Origin: an uncultured Gammaproteobacteria bacterium
GTDB lineage: Bacteria > Pseudomonadota > Gammaproteobacteria > JAURND01
NCBI GenBank assembly: GCA_963797335.1
Contig: CAWCOU010000006.1
Span: 10,108 to 74,107 of the forward strand
DNA: 64,000 bases
Reading direction: 5' to 3'
Shown here: piece after piece, positions 27,743 to 38,378 of the stretch
Numbering within the stretch: position 1 is the stretch's first letter
How the letters are laid out: each line of letters begins with the position of its first letter
The notes under the pieces: model-generated
What the model was told of the DNA's origin: nothing
The model's database searches: none
The model's input: the letters and a program-made list of their open reading frames with translations, nothing else
Position numbers and translations under genes: made by a program

Positions 27743-28219
27743 ATGAAGTCTTCTTTAGATACAATCAATCATGAGCTCTTTAAAAAAATCATCGTCATTT
27801 TTTGGGCTATCTGGTGGTTAATCGCCTGGTGGACTGACGTGGTCGGTGGTTTGGCTCATCTAGGTATTATCCATGCCAGCTGGGCGCCAGATACGAATTA
27901 TCCTCCTTTAGTCAGCTCACTCCAGATGTATTCCGTGCCTAACTGGGTGCCGGCAATTTTCTTCATGGCTATTTTAGTCTGGTCGACGTTGGCGACAGTG
28001 GCTTTCATTTGGGCCTCTGCCGGTATTTTCAAGCATCGTTCTAAAGTATGGATGAGAAGAGCGAAGATAGCCTTCATCGTCTCATTGACCTTTTGGTTGG
28101 CTTTTTTTCTAGCCGATCAGCTGGTGATGAAGTTTGATTTCGAAGAGAATCACATGGTGCAGGGTGGCTTTCAATTATTGACGTTTCTGGCGTTATATCT
28201 ACTCCCCAACCGAGAATAG
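27743..28219 (+). CDS. Hypothetical 4-TM membrane protein.
   Basis: ATG after AAGGA. Trp-rich hydrophobic segments. Confidence 0.5.
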   Translation: MKSSLDTINHELFKKIIVIFWAIWWLIAWWTDVVGGLAHLGIIHASWAPDTNYPPLVSSLQMYSVPNWVPAIFFMAILVWSTLATVAFIWASAGIFKHRSKVWMRRAKIAFIVSLTFWLAFFLADQLVMKFDFEENHMVQGGFQLLTFLALYLLPNRE

Positions 28220-28322
28220 CAAAACTAACTACGCTGTTGTCATAAGAGCGAAGAAGGTGCTCGAATGGTGGGCAAGGCGAAATATGCCCACCACCGTAAG
28301 GGAAAAAAACTAGATACAAAAC

Positions 28323-28499
28323 CTAGAGGTTAGGTTTTTTGCCCCGCACCAAATTGACGATAAGAGTAATCACAAATAAGATGAGGAAAATATAAAATAG
28401 AATTTTGGCTATCCCGACCGCTGCGGCAAATATGCCGGTGAAGCCCAGAATGCCAGCAATAATGGCAAGGACAAGAAATATTAGAACCCAGCTTAACAT
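28323..28499 (-). CDS. Small DUF1328 (YtjA-like) membrane protein, 58 aa.
   Basis: [35 protein letters not shown]. Internal ATG preceded by AAGGAG. The track ORF start at 28568 is an upstream in-frame ATG. Confidence 0.65.
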   Translation of the reverse strand: MLSWVLIFLVLAIIAGILGFTGIFAAAVGIAKILFYIFLILFVITLIVNLVRGKKPNL

Positions 28500-28615
28500 A
28501 GACGAAACTCCTTTTCGGTGTGAGTGAATAACAAGTTTTATATAACATCTTCTCCCAGGCGACGTCAAGAGTTGCCACTAATACATCAAGGTAAAATTAC
28601 GGTATTTTATTCCAC

Positions 28616-29833
28616 TTGCTTTTACGAGATAATAAAAGAATGAAAATCAAATTATTAAAAAGAATGAGTTATGGTTTGTTGGCGGTACTGACTGTGTGTT
28701 TTTTGGCCAGCTGTAGCCTTTCTTCCGTGATAAAAACGCATGGAAGTACTATGGGTCGGTCGGTGCCGCAGAAACCTAAGCAAATTGCGTTGTTGTTGCC
28801 TTTGCAAGGTTCAACGGGTGCGCAGGGGGAGGCGGTTCGCAATGGGTTTATGGCGGGTTACAATTATGTGAAGCAGAGTGAGCCAGATGCACCGATTGTG
28901 AAAGTGGTGGATACCAGCCAAGGTAATATCGTCGCTTTGTATCAGCAGGCAGTGGCAGAAGGGGCTGATTTTGTGGTGGGGCCTTTGGCTAAAGATCAGG
29001 TGCAAACCTTAGCCGCTTCTGGTCAACTGACGGTTCCTACGTTGGCACTCAATAACATTGGCAATGTGAAAGCGGTGCCGAATTTGTATGAGTTTGACTT
29101 GTCTTCGCAGTTAGAAGCGGAACAAGTGGCAGACCAAGCTAAGAAAGACGGCCACAGTCGCGTCATTGTTATTTTCCCAGCCGGTGAGTGGGGGCAAGGC
29201 ATTGCCGGTGCCTTCATGCGTCGTTGGCAGACATTGGGTGGGCAAGTGGTGACAACGGTGGCGTATTCCGCTCACGGAGATTTGTACAGCCAGTTACGTC
29301 AAGTCTTAGGTGTTGAGCCACCCCCTCGGCATTCATCCGGTGGTAAGCGTTACCAGCCTACGCCGCGTCAAGATGTGGATGTGTTTTTCATGGTCGCTTT
29401 TCCTCAACAAGCCAGACAAATCAAATCCATTCTCAACTTTTATAATGTCGGAACTGTGCCGGTCTATGCGACCTCGTTGATTTACAGCGGTATTCCTAAT
29501 CCAGCAAAAGACAGTGATTTAAACGGCGTTGAGTTCAGTGACATGCCATGGATTGTCGGTCCTGATATTCCGCAATGGAGCCAGATGCGCGATGGCATTA
29601 AAGCAGATTGGCCCGATTCGTATAATCGCTCGCCACGACTTTATGCGTTAGGGATTGATGCTTACCACCTAACGTATGGACTCAGCAATATGGCGAACAC
29701 CGGTAAATCGCAAACGGGGACGACGGGTCGATTGACGCTTAACTCAGAACAACAAATACAGCGACAATTACAATGGGCAAAAATGCAGGATGGTGCACCG
29801 GTACTGGTGGAATCACTTCTAGGCAAGCCATAG
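28616..29833 (+). CDS. lpoA: LpoA/LppC-family lipoprotein (PBP1A activator homolog). C-terminal domain only.
   Basis: Lipobox LASC. Periplasmic-binding-like domain. Conserved order lpoA-yraN-diaA-dolP. Confidence 0.6.
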   Translation: MLLRDNKRMKIKLLKRMSYGLLAVLTVCFLASCSLSSVIKTHGSTMGRSVPQKPKQIALLLPLQGSTGAQGEAVRNGFMAGYNYVKQSEPDAPIVKVVDTSQGNIVALYQQAVAEGADFVVGPLAKDQVQTLAASGQLTVPTLALNNIGNVKAVPNLYEFDLSSQLEAEQVADQAKKDGHSRVIVIFPAGEWGQGIAGAFMRRWQTLGGQVVTTVAYSAHGDLYSQLRQVLGVEPPPRHSSGGKRYQPTPRQDVDVFFMVAFPQQARQIKSILNFYNVGTVPVYATSLIYSGIPNPAKDSDLNGVEFSDMPWIVGPDIPQWSQMRDGIKADWPDSYNRSPRLYALGIDAYHLTYGLSNMANTGKSQTGTTGRLTLNSEQQIQRQLQWAKMQDGAPVLVESLLGKP

Positions 29834-30180
29834 GAGAACAGACAGAACAACTCGCTTGCCAACACCTACAGCGGCATGGCTTAAGGCTGATCGACAAAAA
29901 TTATCGTTGTCGTTTAGGTGAGATAGACCTCATCATGCAAGACGTAGACAGTCTAGTATTTGTAGAGGTGCGCTATCGTCGATCAGCGTACTTCGGTTCC
30001 GCTGAAGCGACGGTGGACTTGCGGAAGCAAAAAAAATTAGTTAAAACAGCCATGTATTATTTAATGTGGCATAAAGTATCTGAACGCACGCCGTGTCGCT
30101 TTGACGTGGTGGCCATAAATTCGTGCGTTGGTTGTGTTTCTGAGATATCATGGATTAAAGACGCTTTTCATTATATTTAG
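29773..30180 (+). CDS. yraN: UPF0102 protein YraN.
   Basis: GEIDLIM...VFVEV motif. Overlaps lpoA by 61 nt. No alternative in-frame start. Confidence 0.7.
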   Translation: MGKNAGWCTGTGGITSRQAIGEQTEQLACQHLQRHGLRLIDKNYRCRLGEIDLIMQDVDSLVFVEVRYRRSAYFGSAEATVDLRKQKKLVKTAMYYLMWHKVSERTPCRFDVVAINSCVGCVSEISWIKDAFHYI

Positions 30181-30189
30181 GTAACTACA

Positions 30190-30295
30190 GCGCACGTCGT
30201 CCCGCGGCTTGTCCGCGGGATCCAGAAAAATTCTATAGAAACCCCTTTTATGGACCCCGCGGACAAGCCGCGGGACGACGGAGTTGGGGGGGGAA
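30190..30295. repeat. Inverted pair of the CGTCGTCCCGCGG-CTTGT-CCGCGGGA hairpin units flanking ~40 bp, followed by a G8 tract.
   Basis: acgtcgtcccgcggcttgtccgcgggatcc ... gaccccgcggacaagccgcgggacgacgg. Confidence 0.6.
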
Positions 30296-30324
30296 CAGTT
30301 ACATATTTAGTAGGGGAATTTTAG

Positions 30325-31514
<1,190 letters not shown>

Positions 31515-32138
31515 ATTATATAAAATAAGCAAAATTTTAAAAAATTTATCAAGTTAGCATAATATTAAAAAATAATTTAACTAATTTAAAAACGAGTAAA
31601 TTTATTAATAGAAGATATTTGTTAACAAGCTACTGCCGTTGGCCTACAAATTTGTAAGCAAATGGATTACATATTTGATAAGTTACGTGGAGTTTAATGC
31701 GAGGGTGACGGCTATTCGAGGCAATGCTTTTTAAATGGACTTAGTCTCAATGGATTGAGCACATGGCCGGAAAAGGAATTATATCACAGGATGTGATGCA
31801 TTGCCTCACCTTTAGTACGCACGGAGCTGTAAAGGGCACTTCAACAGGGATGATTGAGTTTAAAATTAGCAGGGTTTTGTTGTTGATATATTTTTTGAAA
31901 AGACATTAGCAAATGCTTTTTGTACTTTTGAGAAGTAAGTAATAGGTTTTTTTGTTAAATCGTGTCGCTGAAGTGCCCTTCTGAGATCTTGTCACATACA
32001 AGGTGAAGGGCAATTCTTATCCATTAGTCGTTTGCTATTATTCTTCTATCATTTCTTCTTTCCCATCTGTTCGTATTTACCTATACTCATCACTCATCGT
32101 CACAACTCAGCCCCAGTCTAACTGAGTGAGGAACCAGT

Positions 32139-33242
32139 ATGGAAATTTATCTAGTGGGTGGTGCCGTCAGAGATACCCTGTTAGGACTTCCCGTCGTCGA
32201 GAGGGATTGGGTTGTGGTCGGCGCTCAACCACAGGATTTACTGAATTTGGGCTATCGCCCAGTAGGAAAAGATTTCCCCGTTTTTCTACACCCAGAAACA
32301 AAAGAAGAATACGCTTTAGCGCGCACCGAACGCAAAACGGGTCCGGGCTACAAAGGTTTTCATTTTTACACAGCTCCCGATGTCACCCTAGAAGAAGATT
32401 TGAAACGTCGAGACTTGACAATCAATGCCATCGCCCAATCCCTAGATGGCAAAATCATCGACCCGTATCACGGTCAACAAGATTTGCAGCAACGAATACT
32501 ACGCCATGTGTCGCCTGCGTTTACGGAAGATCCGGTGCGAATTTTGCGAATCGCCCGATTCGCGGCGCGTTTTGGTGATTTCACCATCGCTCCCGAAACG
32601 CAGCGGTTGATGCAAGAAATGGTGCAACTAGGGGAAGTCAATGCCTTGGTCGCGGAGCGAGTATGGCAGGAGTGGCAAACCGCCCTCAGCGAACATTGGC
32701 CAGCGCGGTTTTTTACCGTTTTGGCGGAATGTCAGGCTTTAGCTATTTTATTTCCCGAATTGCAAAATAACGCCGCCGGATTGCAGGCATTGCAGAAGGC
32801 AGCCGAATGTTCAGCGGCTTTACCGGTTCGGTTTGCCGTGTTATGCCACGCCTTACCGTTAAAAAGCATCCAATCGTTGGCCCGATATCGTATTCCTAAA
32901 GAATATCTGGAGTTAGCGCTATTGGTGGCGCGATACCATGAGTCATTTCAGTCGGTCATGCATCAGGAAGCGGAAGGACTATTGCAATTGCTGGAAGCGG
33001 TAGATGCTTTCCGACGAGTGGAGCGCTTGGAGTTGTTTTTATCGTCTTGTGAAATCATGGATATGAGCGATACGGCGCTGGCAAAATCCCAGCGTCTACG
33101 AAAAGCTTTCGGCCTAGCGGCCGCTATTGACCCCACACCTATTGTTTTACAAGGTCTAAAAGGACCCGAGATTGGCAAAGCCATACGCCAAAAGCAATTA
33201 CAAATAATCAGCGAAGGACTTGCTCTTGGCAGCGCAGACTAA
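32139..33242 (+). CDS. cca: tRNA nucleotidyltransferase (CCA-adding enzyme).
   Basis: MEIYLVGGAVRDTLLG and RRDLTINA motifs. Confidence 0.85.
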   Translation: MEIYLVGGAVRDTLLGLPVVERDWVVVGAQPQDLLNLGYRPVGKDFPVFLHPETKEEYALARTERKTGPGYKGFHFYTAPDVTLEEDLKRRDLTINAIAQSLDGKIIDPYHGQQDLQQRILRHVSPAFTEDPVRILRIARFAARFGDFTIAPETQRLMQEMVQLGEVNALVAERVWQEWQTALSEHWPARFFTVLAECQALAILFPELQNNAAGLQALQKAAECSAALPVRFAVLCHALPLKSIQSLARYRIPKEYLELALLVARYHESFQSVMHQEAEGLLQLLEAVDAFRRVERLELFLSSCEIMDMSDTALAKSQRLRKAFGLAAAIDPTPIVLQGLKGPEIGKAIRQKQLQIISEGLALGSAD

Positions 33243-33272
33243 GGCGCACGTTTCCATCCTGAGGCTGAGCTG

Positions 33273-33764
33273 TTACACGGACCAATGGGCGGAGCCCCAG
33301 CGGCCGCGGCCGTTAGAAACGCTCAAGGTGATGGCTGTTATTTTGCTGGTGGTGAGTGTCTCTTGATCTTGCAACAACTCTTGCAAAAACCAGGAAGATA
33401 GCTCTTCGATGGTGATATTGCGAATCGGTAAAATGAGCACATCTCGCTTCAAAAAAACCAGGCGATCTTCATGGAAGAAAACCTCATAGCCTTCCTCCGT
33501 TTCTTGAATTCGCAATACCGGTGAGGCGCCAGGTAACAGCAAATAACTATTCAATTGTTGAGCCAGCGCATTGAGCTTTTTCTTATAAATTGCATAATCA
33601 AACGCGATGCCAAGCGCCCCGAGCTCAGCGAGGAATTTAGCCTTGACCAGGTAATTATGGCCGTGCAATCGTTCACGTTGCGTGGCTGAAAAAATGGTGA
33701 AGTGGGCAGCGGAAAAACCAAAGCTTTCTTCAGATAATTCGATAGTAGTCAATAGAGGCTTCAT
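33273..33764 (-). CDS. 6-pyruvoyl-tetrahydropterin synthase family (QueD-like) protein.
   Basis: ERLHGHNY zinc/catalytic motif. Confidence 0.65.
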   Translation of the reverse strand: MKPLLTTIELSEESFGFSAAHFTIFSATQRERLHGHNYLVKAKFLAELGALGIAFDYAIYKKKLNALAQQLNSYLLLPGASPVLRIQETEEGYEVFFHEDRLVFLKRDVLILPIRNITIEELSSWFLQELLQDQETLTTSKITAITLSVSNGRGRWGSAHWSV

Positions 33765-33781
33765 AGGATTGAATGGGATCT

Positions 33782-34927
33782 TTAAAACCTGTGCGACGAA
33801 GGTAAATTTTTTGTTAACGCCATCACTTTAAACAACTCACCCATTTCACTGGGCAGCACCAATTTCTTTATCTCTTGACTCGCCTGATATTGACGTTGCA
33901 AATCACCTTGCATATTAGCAGCCAACTCGAGGAGACCGCAACTTAATAAAAAATTAGCCAGATTGTCGTAACCGGCGATGGTCAAATTGGCCTGTTCGGC
34001 AGCTTGCGCGACTGCCGTAAAATCGACATGTGCGGTAATATCCTGCAAACCAGGCCAATAAAAAGGATCACTGTGGGCATGGTGTCGATAATGGCACTGC
34101 AAAGTGCCCGTGCGGCGATCCGGATGGTAATATTCTTGGCGTGGAAAGCCATAGTCTACTAATAAAATCAGGCCACTTTGTAATAAGTCAGCCACGCTCT
34201 TCAGCCAGGCCGGCAGATTCAGGTTTATTTCTGAGCAATAACCATCCGTAAACGGATGCCGATCGAGAAGAGGTTCCGTCGTCCACCAAGCCTCAACAGT
34301 GTTAATTAACTCAGGGCAGGGAGTGGTCAATAGCTCTTGTAAACGATCATTATGCCAGGTTACGCAGCGTTCTTGAAGATTACCTTGCTGCCATTGAAAG
34401 CAATGAACAGGCATGGCATCCAATACCTCATTGGCGATGACTACGCCACTAAACTGAGTCGGTAACCGGTCTAGCCAATGGACTTTATGAGCCAAGGTGG
34501 GGATTTTTTCTTGCACCCATTGTTGCTGGCGCTGCTTGAGATCGGGGCTGAGCTCCAAAATATAATAATGGGCAGGAGCAACCGTTAACGTCGACAGAAT
34601 ATCAACGGCGAGGCGACCTGAGCCAGCACCAAATTCCAGAATGTCGCCAGATGGGAGTGCCGAAAGCGTTGTTTGAATTCGTTGTGCTAAACATTGCCCG
34701 AACAAACTGGAGATCTCGGGAGCCGTTGTGAAATCGCCGCCCACGCCTAATTTATGAGATCCCCCCGTGTAATAGCCCAATCCGGGAGCGTAAAGCGCTA
34801 ACTCCATGTACCGCGCAAACGACAGAGGACCGTGCGCCATTATTTCTGCGCGCATAGTGGCTACCAGTGCCTCGGAGTGCCTGATGGCTTCTTTGTCGGG
34901 TAGAGGGAGTTGCGGCTTAATGTTCAT
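33782..34927 (-). CDS. Class I SAM-dependent methyltransferase, MidA/COG1565 (NDUFAF7-like).
   Basis: ILEFGAGSG SAM motif and overall architecture. Confidence 0.6.
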   Translation of the reverse strand: MNIKPQLPLPDKEAIRHSEALVATMRAEIMAHGPLSFARYMELALYAPGLGYYTGGSHKLGVGGDFTTAPEISSLFGQCLAQRIQTTLSALPSGDILEFGAGSGRLAVDILSTLTVAPAHYYILELSPDLKQRQQQWVQEKIPTLAHKVHWLDRLPTQFSGVVIANEVLDAMPVHCFQWQQGNLQERCVTWHNDRLQELLTTPCPELINTVEAWWTTEPLLDRHPFTDGYCSEINLNLPAWLKSVADLLQSGLILLVDYGFPRQEYYHPDRRTGTLQCHYRHHAHSDPFYWPGLQDITAHVDFTAVAQAAEQANLTIAGYDNLANFLLSCGLLELAANMQGDLQRQYQASQEIKKLVLPSEMGELFKVMALTKNLPSSHRF

Positions 34928-35847
34928 GACGAGCGTATTCCAGCAGCTTGAGCAACCTGGAATAATCCCTTACAAGTGACTATATCTACCGCTTTTAAAC
35001 AACTGCGAATTTGATATTTACTCAATGCGCGTGCATAAAGCCTAGCGATTCGTGGATTCGCTATTAATGTCACGGTCGGGCAAGTTCTTTGCCGCAACGC
35101 CTGCTTCACTTCCTGACCAATCAATAAGCCTGAAAGATAGCTGCTAGCGCTCATGTTAGTTAAGTTACCTGATAATACTTGCGTGCGTACTTGAAAAAGC
35201 TGGGATAATAAGGAATCGTCTTGATTTGCGAGCGCTAATCCGCGATCAAACGCTTTCATATCTTTACCTGCCGGTGTTTCGATCAGTTTACTGAGGATAC
35301 TTTTTTTTGCCAACAGCATATAAATTTCACCCGTCATAAAGCTGGTAAAATCCATTAATTGGCCCTTGGTTACATAAGCCCACTTACTATGGGTGCCGGG
35401 TAAGCAGATAAGCTGTTCTGATAGTTGTGGATCTAAGGCTCCTAAAATTTGCACTTCTTCTCCGCGCATGACATCGACCCGGCCATAGGCGTCATCATAA
35501 CGTACGCCCGGTACGATGTAATAAGAAGGGCGGTTGGCGAGGCAGCGCAAACCTTGATGTAAAGCGCAGAGCTGTAATGGGCAAAGTAAGTACGGCACTT
35601 CCATCCAGCCATGGCGTGAGCCAATCATGCCGGCCATTAGAACGGGTAGTTGAGGGTGTTGTTGCAACCAGGGGTTAATTTCCTGCTGCAAAATTTTTTC
35701 GAAGTCTTCGTTGGTTTGGTGAAGAATGCCTTGGTGAGCAAATTTTTTGGCGATGATGTGTCCTTTTTCATCCAATAAAAATGCGCGAAAATTGCTGGTG
35801 CCCCAATCAACAGCGATTAAACATGGCTTTTTTGAGTGTGAATTCAT
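34924..35847 (-). CDS. 2-dehydro-3-deoxygalactonokinase (DgoK) family kinase.
   Basis: Collinear with E. coli DgoK (IAVDWGTSNFRAFL, LMAGMIGSRHGW, VMRGEEVQILG, LPGTHSKW, FMTGE, LSGLLIG). Confidence 0.75.
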   Translation of the reverse strand: MNSHSKKPCLIAVDWGTSNFRAFLLDEKGHIIAKKFAHQGILHQTNEDFEKILQQEINPWLQQHPQLPVLMAGMIGSRHGWMEVPYLLCPLQLCALHQGLRCLANRPSYYIVPGVRYDDAYGRVDVMRGEEVQILGALDPQLSEQLICLPGTHSKWAYVTKGQLMDFTSFMTGEIYMLLAKKSILSKLIETPAGKDMKAFDRGLALANQDDSLLSQLFQVRTQVLSGNLTNMSASSYLSGLLIGQEVKQALRQRTCPTVTLIANPRIARLYARALSKYQIRSCLKAVDIVTCKGLFQVAQAAGIRSS

Positions 35848-35859
35848 AGCAGAATGATT

Positions 35860-36549
35860 TTATTTTATTATCTGGCGAAGCCATTGACCTATATCGTCAA
35901 TTTCTTCCATACAAACCGAGTGCGCCATAGGGTAGGTACGCCAGTCAATGTGACAACCAGCATTTTCGATTACTTCTTTAGATGCTTGGCCTAAGTCGAT
36001 GTCGACTAGGGGATCGAATGTGCCATGCGCCATGAAAATAGGTGTTTTTTGATTAGGGAATGGCTGGGGTGTGGTAAACGGTGTGTTGACCGGTAAGTAA
36101 GTGGATAAAGCTAAAATTCCGCCTAAGCGTTGGGGGAAGTGCAATCCCGTATACAGAGCCAATGCGCCACCTTGGGAAAAGCCCGCTAAAATAATTTGAT
36201 CAGAGGTAATACCCGATTCTTGCTCTTGAGTAATGAGTTGGGCAATGCTTTGATCTGCGGCTTTAATACCCGCGACATCTATCTTGGATTGTCGGCTCAG
36301 CCCGTAAATATCAAACCAGGCCCGCATAGGCATGCCGCCGTTTAGAGTAACGGGTTGAATGGGTGCGTGGGGGAAAATAAAACGGACTGCTGAATCGATA
36401 GGTAATTTTAGTTGTGGCACGATCTCGGTAAAATCATGGCCGTCTGCGCCTAGGCCGTGCAACCAGATAACCGCGCTTTTTGCCGGTGATTTGGTGTCGA
36501 TAATGACGGATTCTAGGGTAGAAGTTGGCATGGATAATGTTATACTCAT
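35860..36549 (-). CDS. Phospholipase/carboxylesterase family alpha/beta hydrolase (YpfH-like).
   Basis: GFSQGG nucleophile elbow. Asp and His occur in the expected order. Confidence 0.7.
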   Translation of the reverse strand: MSITLSMPTSTLESVIIDTKSPAKSAVIWLHGLGADGHDFTEIVPQLKLPIDSAVRFIFPHAPIQPVTLNGGMPMRAWFDIYGLSRQSKIDVAGIKAADQSIAQLITQEQESGITSDQIILAGFSQGGALALYTGLHFPQRLGGILALSTYLPVNTPFTTPQPFPNQKTPIFMAHGTFDPLVDIDLGQASKEVIENAGCHIDWRTYPMAHSVCMEEIDDIGQWLRQIIK

Positions 36550-36627
36550 TTTATTTTAGAAGCGCAATCTATTTCCCCTTGTGAGGGCATTGTTGAATAA
36601 TTCAAAAAAACTCCTTCTCTCCGTGGG

Positions 36628-36895
36628 CTAGGGTATGCGCACATCTTTTTTAGTCAACTGTGAGTAGTCACCGGATTAATGATTAGCACTGTAAACCCCC
36701 TCTCCCGCGCGAGGAGTTTGGGCAAAAGCTGCAAACCTATTCGCGGGAGAGGGTTAGGGGAGAGGGTAAAGTCTCGCGCTATCCATTCGCCCTCTCCCCA
36801 ACCCTTTCCCGCGAACAAGTTCAGAGCCTTTATTCAAGCCCCTCGCGCGGGAGAGGGGGTTTACAGTGCAATCCCTAATCTAAAAACGCCCTTGT
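36628..36895. mobile_element. MITE copy A. Same ~300-bp element as 56943-57242 but inverted. The terminal ~30 bp of its right arm is missing, and it abuts the lptM start.
   Basis: ctagggtatgcgcacatcttttttagtcaactgtgag ... ccctctcccgcgcgagg ... cctcgcgcgggagaggg. The core is the reverse complement of the copy B core. Confidence 0.65.
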
Positions 36896-36904
36896 GAGCG
36901 TCAA

Positions 36905-37123
36905 ATGACAAAATGGTTATTAATAATCTGTTTCACCCTAACCGGTTGTGGGCAAACTGGGCCGCTTTATTTGGCTCATCCGGGTAGTGTGACTCATGCT
37001 CAAGCGCCGGCGCAGACGGTGCCGACGACACAGCCGATTGCTGAGCCACCGCCGGATGTGGAGAATCTGCCTGCCGGTGCTAATGTGCCTGGTGACTTTC
37101 AACCGCCTATGACGGGACCTTAG
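36905..37123 (+). CDS. lptM: LptM (YifL) small lipoprotein.
   Basis: LTGCGQTGPLYL matches the YifL signature. Immediately upstream of lysA. Confidence 0.6.
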   Translation: MTKWLLIICFTLTGCGQTGPLYLAHPGSVTHAQAPAQTVPTTQPIAEPPPDVENLPAGANVPGDFQPPMTGP

Positions 37124-37124
37124 G

Positions 37125-38378
37125 ATGAAGGATGATTCTAATCAATCGATGCCGCTGGCTATCGAACAAATACCGGTTACTGAATTAGTGGCGCGTTGGG
37201 GTACGCCTTTGTATGTGTATTCTCGGGCAGCTATCGAAAAAAATTGGCGAGAGTTTGATGGTGCGTTGGCCAGGCAGGATCATCAAGTCTGTTATGCGGT
37301 GAAGGCCAATTCTAATATTGCGGTGTTGAATATTTTGGCTCGGTTGGGGTCGGGTTTTGATATTGTTTCTCAGGGTGAGTTGGAGCGGGTGCTGGCGGCG
37401 GGGGGGATACCGCAGCGGATTGTGTTTTCTGGGGTTGGCAAGTTAAGTCAGGAAATTGAACGAGCTTTGGCTGTGGATATTGGCTGTTTTAATATTGAAT
37501 CGGCTGAAGAATTAAAACGTATTCATGAGATTGCTAAGGGACTCGGAAAAATCGCGCCTATCGCGATTCGGGTGAATCCACATGTGGACGCCCGCACGCA
37601 TCCTTATATTTCCACGGGCTTGAAAGAAAATAAATTTGGAGTCGATCGCGAGGAAGCGATTGGGTTGTATCAACAGGCAGCTCAAATGCCTCATGTGAAA
37701 CCGGTGGGTATTACCTGTCATATTGGTTCGCAGTTGACGGAGCTTTCGCCGTTTTTAGCGGCGGCAGATAAGATCCAGCAATTGTGGCTGGAGTTGAAGG
37801 AACAGTTGGGTATGCAATTGCCTAGGGTGGATTTAGGGGGTGGCTTGGGTGTGCATTACCGCTCGGAGCAACCGCCTTCGCCGCAGTCGTATGTGACGGC
37901 CTTAGTTGAGCGGCTGAATAATCCCGATGTGAAGTTAATTTTGGAGCCGGGTCGAGCGATTGTTGCCAATGCCGGGTGGTTGATTACTCGTGTGGAATAT
38001 TTAAAACGGACCGCACATAAAAATTTCGCGGTTGTTGATGCGGCGATGAACGATTTGTTGCGCCCCGCTTTGTACCATGCGGAACAACCGATTATTCCGG
38101 TAATCCCGCAGACGGATGTCGCAAAAACCCGCTATGATGTCGTCGGCCCAGTGTGCGAAACCGCTGATTTTCTAGGTAAGGATCGGGATTTAGCTTTAAA
38201 AACAGGGGATTTGTTAGCGATTTGCGCGGTGGGCGCGTATGGTTTTACGATGAGTTCCAATTATAATTCCCGAGGCAGAGCCGCTGAGGTGATGGTGGAT
38301 GGCCAGCAAGCCTATTTAATTCGCCGTCGGGAAACCTTAGAAGAACTGTTCGCTAGCGAACAGTTACTACCTGATTAG
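37125..38378 (+). CDS. lysA: Diaminopimelate decarboxylase.
   Basis: YAVKAN PLP-lysine motif and GGG loop. Confidence 0.85.
   Translation: MKDDSNQSMPLAIEQIPVTELVARWGTPLYVYSRAAIEKNWREFDGALARQDHQVCYAVKANSNIAVLNILARLGSGFDIVSQGELERVLAAGGIPQRIVFSGVGKLSQEIERALAVDIGCFNIESAEELKRIHEIAKGLGKIAPIAIRVNPHVDARTHPYISTGLKENKFGVDREEAIGLYQQAAQMPHVKPVGITCHIGSQLTELSPFLAAADKIQQLWLELKEQLGMQLPRVDLGGGLGVHYRSEQPPSPQSYVTALVERLNNPDVKLILEPGRAIVANAGWLITRVEYLKRTAHKNFAVVDAAMNDLLRPALYHAEQPIIPVIPQTDVAKTRYDVVGPVCETADFLGKDRDLALKTGDLLAICAVGAYGFTMSSNYNSRGRAAEVMVDGQQAYLIRRRETLEELFASEQLLPD

Noticed and set aside
31515-32138. tRNA, tmRNA or RNase P RNA in the long intergenic region
   Set aside because: No cloverleaf, GTTCRANYC T-loop or conserved P4/tag-peptide features seen. 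Kept only as a candidate sRNA locus.
32126-32578. 150-aa Arg-rich ORF overlapping cca
   Set aside because: Alternative frame of cca with low complexity.
36359-36897. ORFs 36359-36559 and 36679-36897
   Set aside because: The first is antisense to the esterase gene. The second lies entirely within MITE copy A.
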